From positions 1 to 48,130 of the forward strand of contig JANNWY010000182.1 in NCBI GenBank assembly GCA_031409335.1: 48,130 nucleotides of DNA, in the 5' to 3' direction. The stretch comes from Chthoniobacteraceae bacterium. GTDB taxonomy: Bacteria; Verrucomicrobiota; Verrucomicrobiia; Chthoniobacterales; Chthoniobacteraceae. A program made the translations under genes and the position numbers. This document shows, piece by piece, positions 46,581 through 48,130 of this stretch (within the stretch, counting starts at the first letter, position 1; every line of letters starts with the position of its first letter). The notes below the pieces were generated by a model. That model was not told the DNA's origin. It was given only the letters and a program-made list of their open reading frames with translations, and made no database searches.

Positions 46581-48130
46581 GTGATTTTTTCCTCGCCCAA
46601 AATTCGCGTCCTGCTTGCCGCGGCGTTGCTTTGCTGCATCGGTGCGCGCGGTGAAGAGGTGGCCTTCCGTCGTGATGTGATGGCGGTGGTGTCAAAGGCC
46701 GGGTGCAATCTCGGCGGATGCCATGGCAACGGGAACGGCAAGGGCGGCTTCAAGCTTTCGCTGCGCGGGCAGGATCCGGATTTGGATTGGGCGGCGATGA
46801 CGCGCGAGCAGGGCGGGCGGCGCGTGAATTCGATCGAGCCGGAAAAGAGCCTGCTGCTTTTGAAAGCGACCGCGGTCATCGCGCATGAAGGTGGTCAGCG
46901 ATTCGCGCCGGATTCGCCGGAATATGCGGCCTTCGCGGCGTGGCTGCGCGATGGGGCGCGCGACTCGGATGCGGCGCGGCTGGTGAAGCTGGAAGTGACG
47001 CCGGGCGACCGCGTGCTGGTGGAGCCGGAGGCCAGCGTGCAGTTGCAGGCGACCGCGGTTTTTGCCGATGGCTCGCGGCGGGATGTGACGCGGATGGCGG
47101 TTTTCGAGCCGAACAATCTGACGGTGAAAGTGTCCGCCGACGGCAAAGTGACGCGGGAGAAAACGGGCGAATCGACCGTGCTCGTGCGGTATCTCGATCA
47201 GCAAATTCCCGTGCGCCTGGCGTTCGTTCCGGCGCGCCCGGATTTCGTTTGGAGTGAAGCGCCGGCGCACAATTTCATCGACGGGCACGTTTTCAAAAAA
47301 CTGCGGACGCTGCGCATGAACCCGTCGGCGCTGTGCGACGACGCAACGTTTCTCCGGCGCGCATATCTCGACCTGCTCGGCGTCGTGCCGACTGCGGAAA
47401 CGGCGCGCGCCTTCACCACGGATACCGCGCCGGACAAACGCGCGCAGTTGATCGAGCGGCTGTTCGCGCGCGCGGAGTTTGCGGATTTTTGGACGCTGAA
47501 ATGGGCGGACCTTTTGAAAATCGAGGAGCGCCAGCTCGATCGCAACGGGATGAAAGTTTTCCACGGTTGGATTCGAGAAAGCATCGCGGCGAACAAACCG
47601 CTCGATCAATTTGCGCGGGAACTGATCGCGGCGCGCGGCTCGACTTACGAAAATCCGGCGGCGAACTGGTGGCGCGCGAATCGCGATCCGGTGACGCGCG
47701 CCGAAAGCACCGCGCGGGTTTTCCTCGGCACGCAGCTCAATTGCGCGCAGTGCCACAATCATCCGTTCGAGCGCTGGACGCAGGATGATTACTACAGCTG
47801 GGCCGGGCTGTTCGCGCGGCTCGACTACAAGATCGTCGAGAACAAGCGCAAGGACACGAACGACACGCGCGAATTCAAGGGCGACCAGATCGTGCTGGTG
47901 AAAGCGGACGGCGCGGTGAAAAACGCGCGCACCGGTGAATCCGCGACGCCGCGTTTCCTCGGCGGCGACGCGCCGCAGACCAGCGCGGATCGCGATGAAT
48001 TGCAGGCGCTGGCCGACTGGCTGCCGCGTTCGCCGATGTTTGCGCGGATGCAGGTGAATCGCGTGTGGTTTCATCTGATGGGCCGCGGCCTCGTCGATCC
48101 CGTTGACGATTTCCGCGCGAGCAATCCGCC
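46581..48130 (+). CDS. DUF1549/DUF1553 protein with N-terminal cytochrome-like and Ig-like domains, partial (runs off the window; absent from the ORF track)
   Basis: F.RDVM...SKAGCNLGGCHG..GKGGFKLSL; FLRRAYLDLLG; CAQCHNHPFERWTQDDY; VNRVWFHLMGRGLVDPVDD. Confidence 0.9.
   Translation, partial: MIFSSPKIRVLLAAALLCCIGARGEEVAFRRDVMAVVSKAGCNLGGCHGNGNGKGGFKLSLRGQDPDLDWAAMTREQGGRRVNSIEPEKSLLLLKATAVIAHEGGQRFAPDSPEYAAFAAWLRDGARDSDAARLVKLEVTPGDRVLVEPEASVQLQATAVFADGSRRDVTRMAVFEPNNLTVKVSADGKVTREKTGESTVLVRYLDQQIPVRLAFVPARPDFVWSEAPAHNFIDGHVFKKLRTLRMNPSALCDDATFLRRAYLDLLGVVPTAETARAFTTDTAPDKRAQLIERLFARAEFADFWTLKWADLLKIEERQLDRNGMKVFHGWIRESIAANKPLDQFARELIAARGSTYENPAANWWRANRDPVTRAESTARVFLGTQLNCAQCHNHPFERWTQDDYYSWAGLFARLDYKIVENKRKDTNDTREFKGDQIVLVKADGAVKNARTGESATPRFLGGDAPQTSADRDELQALADWLPRSPMFARMQVNRVWFHLMGRGLVDPVDDFRASNP

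Noticed and set aside
1..48130. tRNA or rRNA genes
   Set aside because: No cloverleaf or rRNA-like sequence recognised by eye in the intergenic regions

Overview
GC-rich bacterial chromosome window. PEP-CTERM proteins, a DUF1549/DUF1553 protein, a GSDH-cytochrome c protein and the pilin-like genes suggest Verrucomicrobiota/PVC (inference). The backbone is mostly housekeeping and envelope genes: nadD-rsfS-CPXCG-SirB1-cinA, an L,D-transpeptidase, a solitary nuoD, an O-antigen-ligase/TPR protein, VKOR-DsbA, PfkB, a minor-pilin cluster, hpnD, trpG, priA, MFS-dus and an ECF sigma/anti-sigma pair. An IS1-family end sits at the left edge. The standout is a ~7.1 kb insert with no recognisable integrase, bounded by two diverged direct copies of the last ~415 bp of priA (30010-30425 and 37135-37547). 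It carries two innate-immune-like TIR proteins: a membrane-anchored TIR-STAND NTPase-LRR and an LRR-Roc-COR-TIR. Between them lie a broken HU/DUF4469-like gene and an array of five partly palindromic units with exact 23-bp spacing. Also notable: a receiver domain fused to a PilN-like protein, a leader-ORF attenuator before the MFS gene, a degenerate ABC ATPase coupled to hpnD, and a probable ATC start for rsfS. All family assignments come from motif recognition by eye; no database search was run.
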